64,000 nucleotides of DNA from Okamejei kenojei (taxonomy: Eukaryota): assembly GCA_035221665.1 (NCBI GenBank), contig CM069163.1, positions 7,130,001 through 7,194,000 on the forward strand. The letters are read 5' to 3'. Below, in pieces: positions 50,985 to 64,000 of this stretch (its first letter is position 1; every line of letters starts with the position of its first letter). The position numbers were made by a program, and so were the translations under genes. The notes under the pieces were generated by a model. The model saw nothing but the letters and a program-made list of their open reading frames with translations, searched no databases and was not told where the DNA came from.

Positions 50985-51619
50985 CACTGACCACATCTTC
51001 ACATCTCCTCCTCTTTCTGCTTTCCGCAGAGACCGTTCCCTCCGTAACTCCCTGGTCAATTTGTCTCTTCCCACCCGAACCACCCCCTTCCCTGGTACTT
51101 TGCCTTGCAACCGCAGGAAATGCCACACTTGTTGCTTTACCTCCCCCCTCGACTCTATCCAAGGACCCAAGCAGTCTTTCCAGGTGAGGCAGAGGTTCAC
51201 CTGCACCTCCTCCAACCTCATCTAATGCAGCCGCTGTTCCAGGTGTCAACTTCTCTACATCAGAGAGACCAGGCGCAGGCTTGGCAATCGCTTCGCCCAA
51301 CAACCCCACTCAGTTCGCAATAACCAACCTGACCTCCCGGTGGCTCAGCACTTCAACTCCCCCTTCCATTCCGAATTCGACCTTTCTGTCCTGGGCCCTC
51401 GCCAATGCCAGAGTGAGGCCCAGCGCAAATTGGAGGAACAGCACCTCATATTTCGCTTGGTCTCCCACAAGCCTACTGTCTCCGCCTCTTCCTTTCTTTT
51501 TCTCACCCCCCCCCGACATCAGTCTGATGAAGGGCCTCGACCCAAAACGTCGTCTATTCCTTCTCTCTATAGATTCTGCCTCAACCACTGAGTTTTCCCA
51601 GCATTTTTGTCTACCTTCA
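50985..51619 (+). mobile_element. Penelope-like element 3' end: GIY-YIG endonuclease remnant followed by a terminal repeat with hammerhead-like core
   Basis: HIFTSPPLSAFRRDRSLRNSLV...PGTLPCNRRKCHTC...QRFTCTSSNLI*CSRCSRCQLLYIRETRRRLGNRF...VAQHFNSP...EEQHLIFRL, then agtCTGATGAagggcctcgacccaaaacgtc at about 51520-51551. Confidence 0.9.
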
Positions 51620-51699
51620 AATAATGTGCACTAATGAGGAAGAAAGCTTCAGCGGAAGAAAGGTATCAATGGATGTCACAAGAAAGTGGTGATAGAAGG

Positions 51700-52090
51700 T
51701 AATGTGGATATATACAAGGATGTCGCTGAGATTGGAACATTTATGTTTTAGGGAAAACATTAACTAGCCCGAGTTGCTAGCTTTGAAACAGAGGAGATTG
51801 AAGGGGAATTTAACTGAGGTAAATAAAATCATAAGAGATAGATTTTTATGCAGGAAGTAATTGATTAACATAGCAAAATGGATTGTACGAAGAGGGCATG
51901 AATTTTTAATTAATCAATAGAAAGGGGAAGTTAGGGATCTGGAACAATACCTAATAACGCAGCAGAGGAAGAAATCCTCATCACAGTTAATGTACACAGA
52001 CGATCATCTGAACAACCATAGAAGGCCATGAACTCTTCTTGTGGGTGGCACGGTTGGGATGGGCTGACTGGGTCCAGTTTGTGCTGAAAA
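51700..52090 (+). mobile_element. Old CR1 3' fragment
   Basis: acaaggatgtcgctgagattgg...gaggagattgaaggggaatttaactgaggtaaataaaatc (RRLRGDLIEVYKI-like). Confidence 0.55.
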
Positions 52091-54069
52091 TGTCACAATA
52101 TTCTACAATTTAACATCTTCAGAATATAAACCAATTAGCAGGAAAGTTAACAACTATTTTTCAAATCTTTTGTCATCAGATGTTTCCTCCAAGAACCCAA
52201 ACACAGGAGTTTGCATTTGTTTATATCAGTCAATCAACAGATTAATATTCACATGTGGTTATTTAATGTAATGGGTTGTGCGTAATTACAATAAAAAGTT
52301 AAATGAAAGGGTTTGTCCCACATCCACAGGTAATTAAACGCACATTATCCATGCTGAGATGATCTTGCTATTCTGGATAAGTCAATGCACGAGTCAGGTG
52401 ACTGTTAATTCATTTTGGCCCTTCTCAAAAGGCAGCAAATGCCTATAACATGAAAGAAGAAATATATGATGATTGCATTTGATCTTTCTAATAAAAGGCA
52501 ACAAAGTCTCTTATTTCCACATTGAGTTTTAAGATCCTGCAGTTTCCCCCCATTTTATCCAGGCAGTAACAAAGGAAAATGGCAGTGTGCTCAGCTGGTC
52601 GACTGGACAAAGAAGGCATCCCACTCATCCTTACGAATGGAACAAATGTCATACATTTTCTAAACAATCTACAGGAGAAATATATTTAATGTTCAAGCTG
52701 AAAAATATGAGGTTTTAAAATAAAAGCATTGATATTGCAATGGTTCATTTTGTAAGTGATGAACAAGTGAAAAACCCAATTTAAAGTGTAGGAAGGGGAG
52801 ATTGGTACAAAAAGGTTTGATACTTGCAACTGCAGAGCTGAAAATTCATACACCAAATATGACAATTACAAAGCATGGATATTAATTGCATGACTTTGGA
52901 TGTTTTGTGCAATTTTATTTTGCTGGTAGCCTTTATTATTTAAAATGAACAAGTAAATCACTACCACCAAACAAGTCAATTGATCAAAAATCCTGTTACA
53001 AATTTTGAAATTGTCATTCTTTTTAAATAAAGATATATAAAGTGCAGAAGCCTTAAACAAATAACTTGCTGCAAAAAAAAAAAATCCTGCTCCCCATAAC
53101 ATTAAGATGACTTGATACGGCAAATATTCAAGGAATTCACCCCCACCAAGGGGGCAAAACAGAGGCCAAAAGTTCACTTTACAAATGCTTCACCATTAAC
53201 CCCTTCAACACAAACTGAAGCAGATGTTCTACTCGCAAGAAAACATGTGTGAAAACACAGCAACTTTTGGTGCCTAGAAAGAACTTTTGGTGCCATGAAT
53301 GCACTTAAATGGCATCTTTTTTTTTCATGGCCTACTGCCACAAAATTTTATAATATACAAGTTCTAAGCCATACACAATTAACGTGCTTCACCGCTGTGG
53401 AATGTACAAAGGAAAACAGATTGGTCACTGGTCTGGACAGAGTGTGGAAGAAATCAGAGCAGCGGATTAGACGAGGGTGTTGATTTTTGGGTGATGCAAC
53501 ATTTGGGTGGGATTGAAACTTGGTAGGAGAAATAGAATGTGGTAGTTGAGCGATTCCAAGAAAATCCACCATGAGGAGCAAGTATCTTGTTTAAAAAATC
53601 TATCTCCCGTGTTGGATTCAATGACAGAGCTGGCCACATTTAACGTAAGCTAAAGCAGACCACAATTGTGCTGTATCGGTGATCCACAGCATCTACAGAG
53701 CACGCATGCTAGAAAGTGAGCAGTCCAATGGCATTACTACACATCTGGGTGCACAACGGATTCCAAGGATACAAAAGAAAACAGCATGCTGTAAAGCACA
53801 ATTCAATCTTTTATGCACACAGATATTGCTCCATGTCACTAGCTTGTTAGATCTTGAAGTGGGGAATTCTTAGCCTTGGGAATTCCTAGAGGTAGCAGAC
53901 CACTGAAGCCAGCAGCTGCAAAATAAGGTGTTCATTTTTGTAAAATCAATTTTTTTTTTTTTAAGTCCAATAATGGCAGATAAGACACATGACAAACATA
54001 TATTAGCCTATTTATCAATACATTTCAACAATTCAAATCATCCCATCCAATTTTACAGAATTGCCACTT

Positions 54070-54356
54070 TGGCCCGGCACCTTACAACGGCAGACACCCG
54101 GGTTCAGTCCTGACCAAGGGTGCTGTTTATATGGAGTTTGTACATTCTCCCTGTGACTGCATGAGTTTTCCCCGGGTGCTCAAGTTTCCTCCCACACTCC
54201 AAAGATGTGTAGGTTTGAAGGTTAATTGGCTTGAGTAAAATTGTACATAGTCCCTAGTGTGCAGGGTAGAGCTAGTGGATAGGTTGATCGCTAGACAGTG
54301 TGGACTCGGTGGGCTGAAGAGCCTGTTACATGCTGTATCTTTAAAGTCTAAAGTAA
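54070..54356 (+). mobile_element. HE1-like V-SINE
   Basis: acccgggttcagtcctgacc B-box, gttttccccgggtgctcaagtttcctcccacactccaaag V-domain, tgctgtatctttaaag tail. Confidence 0.85.
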
Positions 54357-55485
54357 ATTAAAACCTCCTGTATGTGTTGAGGTGTTGCAAAAAGTAACTT
54401 TCATTTTGCACGACTGCAAACAGGCTGACTGTTTTGAATAGTTTTTTTTAATTCCTTATTTTGAATCAGAAGATTACAGCAATATCTGTAGCATTCTCTA
54501 TTAAAACACAATCTCAATTCCAAATAAAATGGAACCATGCATTTCTAACTAATTTTCAATGGCTGATAGAAGCAGTATTCCATCTGCATGCAAACAAGTC
54601 GCAGTAAACCTTTGGCTTTGTAAGGACTCAAGCTAGACTGTGTATGCCCATCACAATGAAGAGAATATGTGGAAAGGAGGAAGTGAATTATACAGCAAAT
54701 AGTGCACATATCAAATTCAGATTTTATATCTGATCACATATATAAAACATGTTTTGTACAAATGAAAACAGGCTAAAATAATGTTATATCATTTACAAAA
54801 ATACTAGCTATAGTAATGAAATTAGTTAACCTTTTCCACCACTCGGTAAATATGAAACGGTGAGCATGACAATGAGAGTCACATACCATGTTTTCTTCCA
54901 TAAATCTTTCATAAAAATGGGTGAAGAATTTTGCTATACTGCTTCTATCTTAATTTAGTTACTGATTTGATCATTTTCACCTTTTACATTATAGCAAGTT
55001 AGCAATGGAGTCAACTTTACAGCTAGTCTGAATTGCTTAAATTTCATACAGAACACAAACCACTGAAAGAACCATGAGAGGATTCAGAACAGGGCTAACT
55101 TAATTCATCCTATCTGTAGACCATGCTGACATTTAAATGGCGATTGTGCTCATTTGAGAAAGTGACATTCTGTGTGTGTGCATGTATGGGAGGGTAGAGG
55201 ATGGAAGGTTATAAAACAAAGCAATTAATTTAGCCTGGGGCACAAGGTCTGTTTACCTCCTGCAAGAAGGCGAGAATGGAAAATGGAGAGAGCAGTTCAC
55301 TCTGTGCAGTCATCATCTGAGAAGGTGCCATGATGTGGTAATTTTTTTTTCAATACAGCTGGATTGCCCGAATGGGAGAGGAGAGATCTGAATGATCTGC
55401 ACAAAAGCCAATTTTATTGCTGCCCAATAATGTAGTTTTTTAAAAGTCATTGTTACTATTGCACCAAGCCAGACAATAAGTTGAA

Positions 55486-55585
55486 AAGAAGGTCTGAAGA
55501 AGGGTCTCGGCCCGAAACGTCGCCTATCTCCTTCGCTCCTTAGATGCTGCTGCACCCGCTGAGTTTCTCCAGCTTTTTGTGTACC
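55486..55585 (+). mobile_element. 100-bp PLE-derived mini-element with hammerhead-like core and 17-bp TSD
   Basis: ccagacaataagttgaa at 55469-55485 and 55586-55602; 93/94 identical to 5122-5215. Confidence 0.9.
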
Positions 55586-57991
55586 CCAGACAATAAGTTG
55601 AATTTAGTTGGAAATGGTAGGTTCATGACTCTCACATTAACACGGAAATCCCATTTACTGGTCCAGCCTCTCTGTTCATTTTGAAGCTGTGGTCCAATGG
55701 TTGGTTTACTACCCACATAAATCAGCGGCAGAGCAAAGTTTTCTGTGACTCTATGTTTATGTCGAGGAATCTGCTTCTGAACCATGTGGAACTTTCGATC
55801 AGACACAGGATCCTTGAACCCATTCACTTGCACAGGTGTGTGGGCAAAGTAAAGGAAGAATGAGTTTAGGCTACATTTCTTTATTTACTATGTTTATTAT
55901 TATTGTCATTTAAATGTCCTTCAAAATATGTTTTAAATGTGTGTAGTTGTAAATAAGTAAATGCATGTAACTATGTATTTATTTTCCAATTTAAACAGAG
56001 AAAGCTTGGCACCCCTGACAACTGGCAAAAGCTGGACCATGCTTCGCAGATGGTTAAAGGTTTCCAGGGGTGTTTTGTGATATAACTTGCTCTGACTTGT
56101 CCATATCACTCCATTACATCATACTACACTTAGGGCATTTCCAGGCAGCTCAGGGACCATCTGGACAACGAGATTGTCTTCCACACTCAGCAAAAGGGAA
56201 TGGAGACGCAGTTGGCGAGTGCAGGTGGTAGGTCCGACTCAGAAAAATCCAGGCTATTGAGAAGGCTGGGATGAATTCTGCATCTTTTGTTTAATAAATT
56301 AAAGTAACTCACAACATTTACCTTTTTATCCTTGTATATTGTTCTCTACACGTGATTTTATATTATTGCTAATAGCATTGGAGGATAATATACTTTGTAC
56401 TTGATTGTAAAGAATACATGCATGACAACACATACGCAATAGAACCTGCTCCTTTAAAGCAAATGTGTCACTGCTAACCTTTTAGTTTGTACAGAAAAAT
56501 ATTGGGATCTCAAGAGAGGCAGAGCATTATTACCTTAGCAAGCTATTTCTTTTTCACATTATCCAATTCAATCAATAATCAAGCAGTAGGTTTTAAAAAT
56601 AAATAAATACAGCTCATTTCAATTCAAAGAACAAAAGATTCACTCACAACAAGCAATGCCTATACTAAAGCACACATTTCCCTTCAAGAGAAACTGATTT
56701 TTCACTCACTCTGAACATCCTTGGCCTCTCTCTGTATTAGCCTAAAGGCAGTCTGTAAATTACACTCTCTTTAAATTACAGTAATTTGCCTGTTTCTGTT
56801 GAATTCGCTCCTTCAGACATATACAAAACCCATTTCCGCAGATCAAATTCACCTTCATAGATGTCAAGAGCAATCGATGGTCAGTGATTTGAAATACTTT
56901 TGCACATCAAATAATGGAAATAAGGAGCTTTATAAATGCAGTTTTTTCTTCACCTACTCAATGTTACATAAAATATGGCAAAGGGCAGATTAGGTTGGAA
57001 TAATTAGTTAATTACAAAAGCACTGAAACCAAACTCTTCTCGTTAACAGCAATTTTGAAAATCCCTGCCATTCATCACAGCAGACGTTACTTTTCTTGAC
57101 AGATTTTTAAAAAATGCTCCTAATGCAGGCCAAAATAGATAGGGAAACTGGAACAGATCATTTTCAATATTTCTCTACAGTGCTGAGTTTTCTCATTGGT
57201 TTTGATTCTCAACACAAAGTCATTAAGTCAAAATCTTAGAAAATAAAATATCAAACAAAACGGTTTTAATAAACCGAGTAGAACCAGAATGTAACCAAGG
57301 TACATTAAACAAGGCAATAGGATGGTCACTATGGTAACTGTGGGCAGTAATCTGCCAATAACACATGGGCAATGGAGCACCAACTCTTAAATGCAAACGG
57401 TTTCATCTATTCATCAAATTAAATACTGAATTTGTTTAGATTGAGTTTAGGCAGGCAAACAACTATTAATCCTGTCAAAAGAAGATTACTTTTAAATGAG
57501 TTTTTCCTGTCCATAAAATTAACACATAAGTCAGGGACATCAAAATACACCATTGAAGGAGTTACTGTATCCACATTAAAAAGTTACAAGAGGTGAACCA
57601 CCATATATATCCATCCCATCCAAAATGTGTTTATACCGCAAGTTATTTTGATTGCTTTCAAACTTTTTTAGACACAAAATACATTTCATAAACTGTCACA
57701 TACTGTATAAACAAAACAGACTCCTTCATTCTGCCAACATCGCTGCATGTTGCCACACAAAATTGAATTGATGTTTATGTGCTAACTCCAATATCCAGCA
57801 AACAAATGCACTTTGCTACATACAGCTGCCCGAACAAGTGTCTTGCAGAGTTTCAGAGCTAAAGCATGTAAACCTGGTGCCGCTAGAAGTGCTATTAACT
57901 CTTGTCCCACCCAAACTCTCCAGCAGAAATGCCATCACTGCTAAGTACTGCTCATCCTAGTAATGCTATCAGTAATGGCACACTCGCTCAG

Positions 57992-58187
57992 NNNNNNNNN
58001 NNNNNNNNNNNNNNNNNNNNNNNNNNNNNNNNNNNNNNNNNNNNNNNNNNNNNNNNNNNNNNNNNNNNNNNNNNNNNNNNNNNNNNNNNNNNNNNNNNNN
58101 NNNNNNNNNNNNNNNNNNNNNNNNNNNNNNNNNNNNNNNNNNNNNNNNNNNNNNNNNNNNNNNNNNNNNNNNNNNNNNNNNNNNNNN
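57992..58187. other. Assembly gap (196 N)
   Basis: Run of N. Confidence 1.
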
Positions 58188-60289
58188 CTATCACTCAGCC
58201 CTGAAGCGAATCCGTGCACTCTGTTAAAGAAATACTCCATGTCCCTCAAATCAGCCATTTTTTCCAGGTAAATGACATGTTGAACAATGGAGCATGTTTC
58301 TTATTCTAAAATGACAAACAGGTCACAATGACAAAAAAACCAAAACAAAATGAAGCCATGAAGTGGGAAGAATTTATTGTTGACACTAAAATACTGTTTA
58401 AACAGACCCGTGAAGTTGTATCAATACAACTCTTACTTTCTAAATGCTGCCTGGGATTGTTCTTTTTAAACAAAGCAAAAATGTTTAATTATGATGATGC
58501 TGCTTTTTGCAGCAGACTGATGCACAAAATGTTTTAATTTAGATACATAACACTGTGTCTCTGATTAAAACATTTATGTTAATGGACCTTCTGTCGGGTA
58601 TTTAACATACCACAGACTGCAACATTATCTACAGCTCTTTTATTACTGTACTTCTGTATGGAATCTGCATTAGACAAAGGAATTTTACAAAGCGGGCATT
58701 AACCTAAACGAAGAGATCTGACCAAAGTACCAACCTAATCTAAGCATCCCAATTCTCTTTGCAACATGTTTAGCAGTATTCAGTTGCTTCAATGCTTCAA
58801 AGTCCAGAGTAACACAGTTATTGGTATTGTGACCTCCTCCCTCCATTTTAAAGAAGAGCTTTTCACAAATGACAATATAAGAAACAAATACACAACGGAA
58901 ATAACTACCTCTTGCAACAACTATTTTGAGATTTTCATCAATCTTTTGATCATTCAAATTGAATCATAAAATCTCCAAATTAGATTCATTGTCATCCTAA
59001 TTTTCACCTTAGCGCAGTGAGTAAAGCTAATATTTTACGCTAAACGATCGCTCTTTATATTCTGAAGAAATAAGAAAGCCATTTGTAGTATAGCAATGTA
59101 GAAATGTTGTGCAAAGAATTGACCTTATTCAGCATTAACTGAACTATATGGAGCACTACTGGCTACTAATGTCTTGGCAGATCCGAGGATCCTTGCCTCT
59201 TCTATGTCTGGTGGACTGACTATATCGGTTTCCATTTGCAACCATCATCAGGTTGGCTGTTAGGGTGTTTGTGGCTCAGGTGAAAATCTGTTGAAATCCA
59301 GTTGGGAAATCCTTCTGATATTTAACAGTTCACTGACCACTGGGTTAACAAGCCAAATGGCCACTTCAACAAGACAGTGTCAAGATAGTTTGTATCTGCA
59401 CTGGCACCTATTTCAGCACAGCACAAAAGAAGGGGGGTAAATGCAGCAAGAAAACAAAGAAAGAAATAAGAGTAAGTTTTAAATAAACTACAACATTTAT
59501 ATTTTCACATCTTCAAATTTAATTGAAATATAGATGACCAGGCTATCTGTTGCTGGAATTTATTTTTGTCTTTATAATAATCATACGACCATACTGACAG
59601 ATTTCTATATTCACAAATAATTGATTGATTTCTTTCTTCACAAAGTGTTATAAGTTTCTTAATTCTACAAGAAATAAACAATCAAATTAACACATTCAAA
59701 GTTTTTGTGATGAGTTCTCGGAGACTTTCGATCGGTATTCAGCTGGACTATTCCATTCAGACAAGGTGGACTATGCTTTGTAATCAAAACCAATTTCTCC
59801 AGTCAAATTGCTTTCAGTTATAATTACAATGGGAACCTCTTAATTAGAGCACCCTGTGGTGAGCAAAGTGTTTCTTTTATCCAAACACTCCTATTAACTA
59901 AGCAGTGTAGAATGAAAAATAACTTGGCTCCCAAAATTATTTCTTTATCGAACACTAGCGCCAAGCATTATATCACTTTATATTTACTGCACATCATTCT
60001 AAAAAAGGCTGGGTTTCCACTAGGAGCATTTGGATTTAAAATGTCATTGCTCCTATAACAGTAGAAGTTCATCTGATACTTTTACGCAAGTTCTTACTGC
60101 TTTTTCTTTTGTTAGCAAGAAGGTGAAAATAACGTAGCCCTAGCTGGAAATTTTCACCAAAATGCAATCCCTTCCCATTGTTATGAATAAATTAATCTCT
60201 CTATGCACTTCTTGCATGCACTGCATCAAATTTGTTAGTACTTATGTGAACCGCGAGAACAAATCCCTTCCTTTATTACTCACTGAAGT

Positions 60290-60544
60290 TACACTAGACT
60301 GTGGAACAACATCCCTCTTCTCATCAGAACTGCCCCCTCCATCGACTCTTATAAATCTAGACTTAAAACTTATTTCTATCCACAAGCGTTTCTTGAGGTC
60401 CTTTGAAGGAATGCTGTATGAATGTATCGTTAGATCTATGTACCACTGTATGTGGCACGTTAGTACCTGCACTAATGTAAAGCACTTTGGTTAATGAGAG
60501 TTGTTTTTAAATGTGCTATAGAAATAAAACTGACTTGACTTGAC
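60290..60544 (+). mobile_element. L2-clade LINE 3' end with (GACTT)n tail
   Basis: Remnant WNNIPLLIRTAPSIDSYKSRLKTYF, then tgtaaagcactttgg...aaatgtgctatagaaataaaactgacttgacttgac. Confidence 0.8.
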
Positions 60545-60579
60545 ACTGACTCCTTGCTTGTGCACACCAAATAACTCCA

Positions 60580-60703
60580 TGTGTAGGAAGGGACTGCAGA
60601 TGCTGGTTGATACTGAAGATACACAAAGTGCTCGAGTAACTCAGGCAGCATCTCTGGAGAAAAAGGATGAGTGACGTTTTAGGTCAGAACCCTTCTTCAG
60701 ACC
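60580..60703 (-). mobile_element. PLE-derived short element on the minus strand
   Basis: Reverse complement ggtCTGAAGAagggttctgacctaaaacgtcac...gagttactcgagcactttgtg...cagcatctgcag. Confidence 0.8.
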
Positions 60704-63700
60704 ATCTTGCGTTGATTATGAATACCAAACTCTCTACATCTTATATTACTTGTGGATTCATGTTTTTTCATTCATAAATGTAAAGGCAGAAAAAATATAT
60801 ATAAACCTACAATTTTCTAAACCGTTGTAAAAATCCAAGTTTTGCACAGTGTTTCACGTGCATAAAAAAGTATCAAAATGAAAACAACTTAAACGTTTCA
60901 ATTTTAGCAAGGTGTTTGAGGTTATGCAGCCCTTAAGCCTTTAGACACACACTGATAATGATACCTAAAGCTGCTAAAACACTTATCATCCCAGTTCACA
61001 GATGCATTACCATCAATGTCTTCTAATTGATACTTTCCTATTTATCGTCACCTTGCCACTCAGCCAGCTGCCGAACAGTGCCATGTCACTTTCCATTTAT
61101 GGACTCCCAACTCCCTTGATCTGGGTAATTAGAGTTTATGTGTTAATTGGTGTAAATACATAGATGGGGCTCGCAGGCATAAATTTCAAACCCAAGCCAT
61201 AAATTGTGTGACTGATGAGCAAGGAAAATGCTTAAACCGGAACAAGTGTCACGTCCACTTCCATCATGTGAAAAATGCCGATTTGTTTGAAGACAAAATT
61301 GGAATGTTTATGTTTTGTTGGGATTTAACGAGCAGAACAGTATCTTCAGCTATTTAAGATGTATTGCAGCACGTGAGGGCATAAAATCATTTCCTGATAC
61401 AAAACAAAATTGCTGGTGAACTTCATTGGCCTTTCTAACTGTGAGATTATTCAGTCTGTGTGAGCTTCAATGTACACCTCTTATTTATAGTCATAATTAC
61501 AATGCGGCAGGATTCTTCATCACAAAAAAGTTAAAATGAGTGAATGCTATAATTAAAGAACAATATGCTTCGGCTTTATCCTTTGTGGCAAATTGTTTGA
61601 AGCGGATTTTTGACTTATTTCAAATTGGTAAAGGGAAATATATGACTATTTTTGAAACAAGGGTTGATTTAAACTGTGGTATTAAACCCCCAAGGAGAAG
61701 TACCAAAGCCACTCTCTTAAAATTAACAGATGTCTGCCAAACAGTTTGAAACAAAGAAATGCAGATGCAAATGTAATCAGCATCCAAATGAGCTCCTTGC
61801 AAGACCCTTTAAGGCACATCTGAGTGCAAGCACTGCCTACCTTTCAACTTGCAAATGACAGTGTCACTGAAAGCCATCCTTCCATCAATAAACCTGGGTC
61901 ATGAATATACAAAAGCCAGCAGCAAGACTGCATACCTCCTGCCGTTAAACTTGGCCTAATTATCCAGGCATTTTTTCCTCTTCATTTTATCCAAAGGGTA
62001 CACTCTCAGTCAGCTGTTGACCAGCCTGAGCATAATTAAGGTAGGTCATGCACACTGACCCCCATGTGGACAACTAATATAGTTAAATGTGGACACCAAA
62101 TGTCATCTTTCTTATTCATCAGTACAAAGTTCCCCACCCCTTTAAAATACCAATCTGCTGCCATTTTTAACATCCCCCTCTTCAAGCTGTCATCTCACAG
62201 TGGTCGCTGCCAGCAGAGTGAATTAGCATTCTAACTGATGTGCTGCTATTCTCAGATGATTTACTGTGGTAGGATAACTAATGGCCTCCCTACTGGAAAT
62301 GGAACCAATAATCAATGTCTCATCAATGTAAGAGTACCAATTAGACCCTCTGTTACACAGCCACAATACCAGAACATTCCAGCCAAGGTCAGAAACTGTT
62401 TCAAATATACAAACCTGGTTAAAAGAACTGCCCTATCTATCATTTGACCAATCTGATTAAGCATGCTAAAAAAAGAGAAAAGAAATGGCCTGCACGGCGA
62501 GATTAAATGAGAAAATGTTCTTTAAACAACATTAGAATCTTATAAGCAAAGCAACATTCTGTCCGTAATAATTTATAGACAGTCATGATAAATACTATTT
62601 GTACATGACAGACACATGAAATAATAAACCTTGCTGCTATAAACATTACCAAATACTGACACTATTGATTTATTAAGTCCAACAGTGACATCAAACAGAA
62701 TAACTGACACAAACAATGTCGTTGCTTTAAGTGCCGTTTGTCAGCGATTAATTCTGCCAAACAGGTTTAGTTATGCTGTGACTGCTGTCTAGCACTTGTC
62801 AATCCAAGCAAGAATTACTAGCGCCACACGCGTGGAAACTCATGCTCAAAGCTGTGCTGTTAGCCCTCATTACCCCAGTCATTGTAACTGAGAAGCAAGT
62901 CTAGCCCCTGTTTAATATGCATGTTAATTATGTAAATTATTAATTGGGCTGGTGCTTTAGGTCTTGTAATTTATGCCTGGATTAAGTAAATAATTGTATC
63001 TAGCATCATTTTAATCCTAACCTGTGAATGACATGAACTGGTCTGAAACTGACATTCATATGATTTGGCTTCTGCACATCAGCTCCATTAGGTTACATGT
63101 GTAGGCCATGCTCATGAATATCTGCATGCAAGACAACGAGAGTACACTTTAAGGGAAACTGCTTCTAGGCATTCTTGAGCTATAGGACTTGGAAAATTTG
63201 CTTTCAATACAATAACTGCACTTTACCGGATGGATTTGCCCAATATTACAACATTATCCAAACCTGACGTTCAGGAACTGTCTTAATTTAAAGGAATATT
63301 CTTTCTGGCTGGAAAAGAAAATAATAATTTTCAGTAATTTCTAGGAAGTTAAGTAAAAAATATTGCTTCATCTTAGGCAGTCTCTTGGGATCGAGGGTAA
63401 TTTGCTTCCACTCAGTTTCTGTGGGTTCTAAGGTGACTGATGAGGCCAATATTGCTCCTGCAGAGCCGTTCACAGATGGGGCAGGAAATGCCTGACAAGA
63501 CAGGTGTGTTTACGAGATGATATGCTCCTTCTTCTGTTCATCTGCTCATGATATGGAGTCTTCAGGTTCTCAATGCCGCACAGAGAAGCTCTCTCCATTT
63601 TGAGCCATCTTAAGCCAGGGACTCCCAGGAGTATGTGGGTTTGCTGCAATTTTTTAGGACACATTTAAATATTTTTTTATTTGTCCCCCTGATAAAATCT

Positions 63701-64000
63701 CCTCTTGGACAGAGCTTGGAATTCAGCACCTTTTTAAGATTCTGTTGGACTTGATCTGCTCTATCACGATGGTTAGTGTAATAAGAACCTCAGTGCTGGG
63801 AAAGTTTGCATAGAAGACAAAATGGCCCTTGATTTTGTTTTCATCTTTCCAGTGTATTTGGAGCATTTTGAGGAAATAGTACTGGTGGTATTTCCCCAGT
63901 TTTATGTATAAGTAATCAAAGACTCAGAAACAGATGGGAAAGCAGTAATCAATGATGCACGAGTTGTATGTCCAGTCTGAGATGTTGATTTGCCAACACC

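Noticed and set aside
57902-58271. ORFs spanning the N run
   Set aside because: Artefacts of the assembly gap.

Overview
Vertebrate genomic DNA, most likely a cartilaginous fish such as a skate or ray (inferred from HE1/V-SINE-, Deu-SINE-, CR1- and Penelope-type repeats). The window appears to lie entirely within one minus-strand TALE-class PBX homeobox gene, best matching PBX1. Two coding exons with canonical splice sites are present: 21730-21974 (245 nt, exon-3 equivalent) and 7306-7496 (191 nt, exon-4 equivalent). The rest is intron filled with decayed LINEs (CR1, L2, Rex1/Babar, RTE), SINEs, two Penelope-like element (PLE) relics and a Harbinger-like MITE, plus a 196-N gap. The most notable signal is a family of about 15 short (95-240 bp) PLE-terminus-derived insertions, many with 11-17 bp target-site duplications (TSDs). 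They carry a minimal hammerhead-ribozyme-like core (CTGANGA-stem II-GAAACGTC), and several fold back into long hairpins. Repeat family names come from recognition by eye, not database searches, and boundaries of old repeats are approximate.
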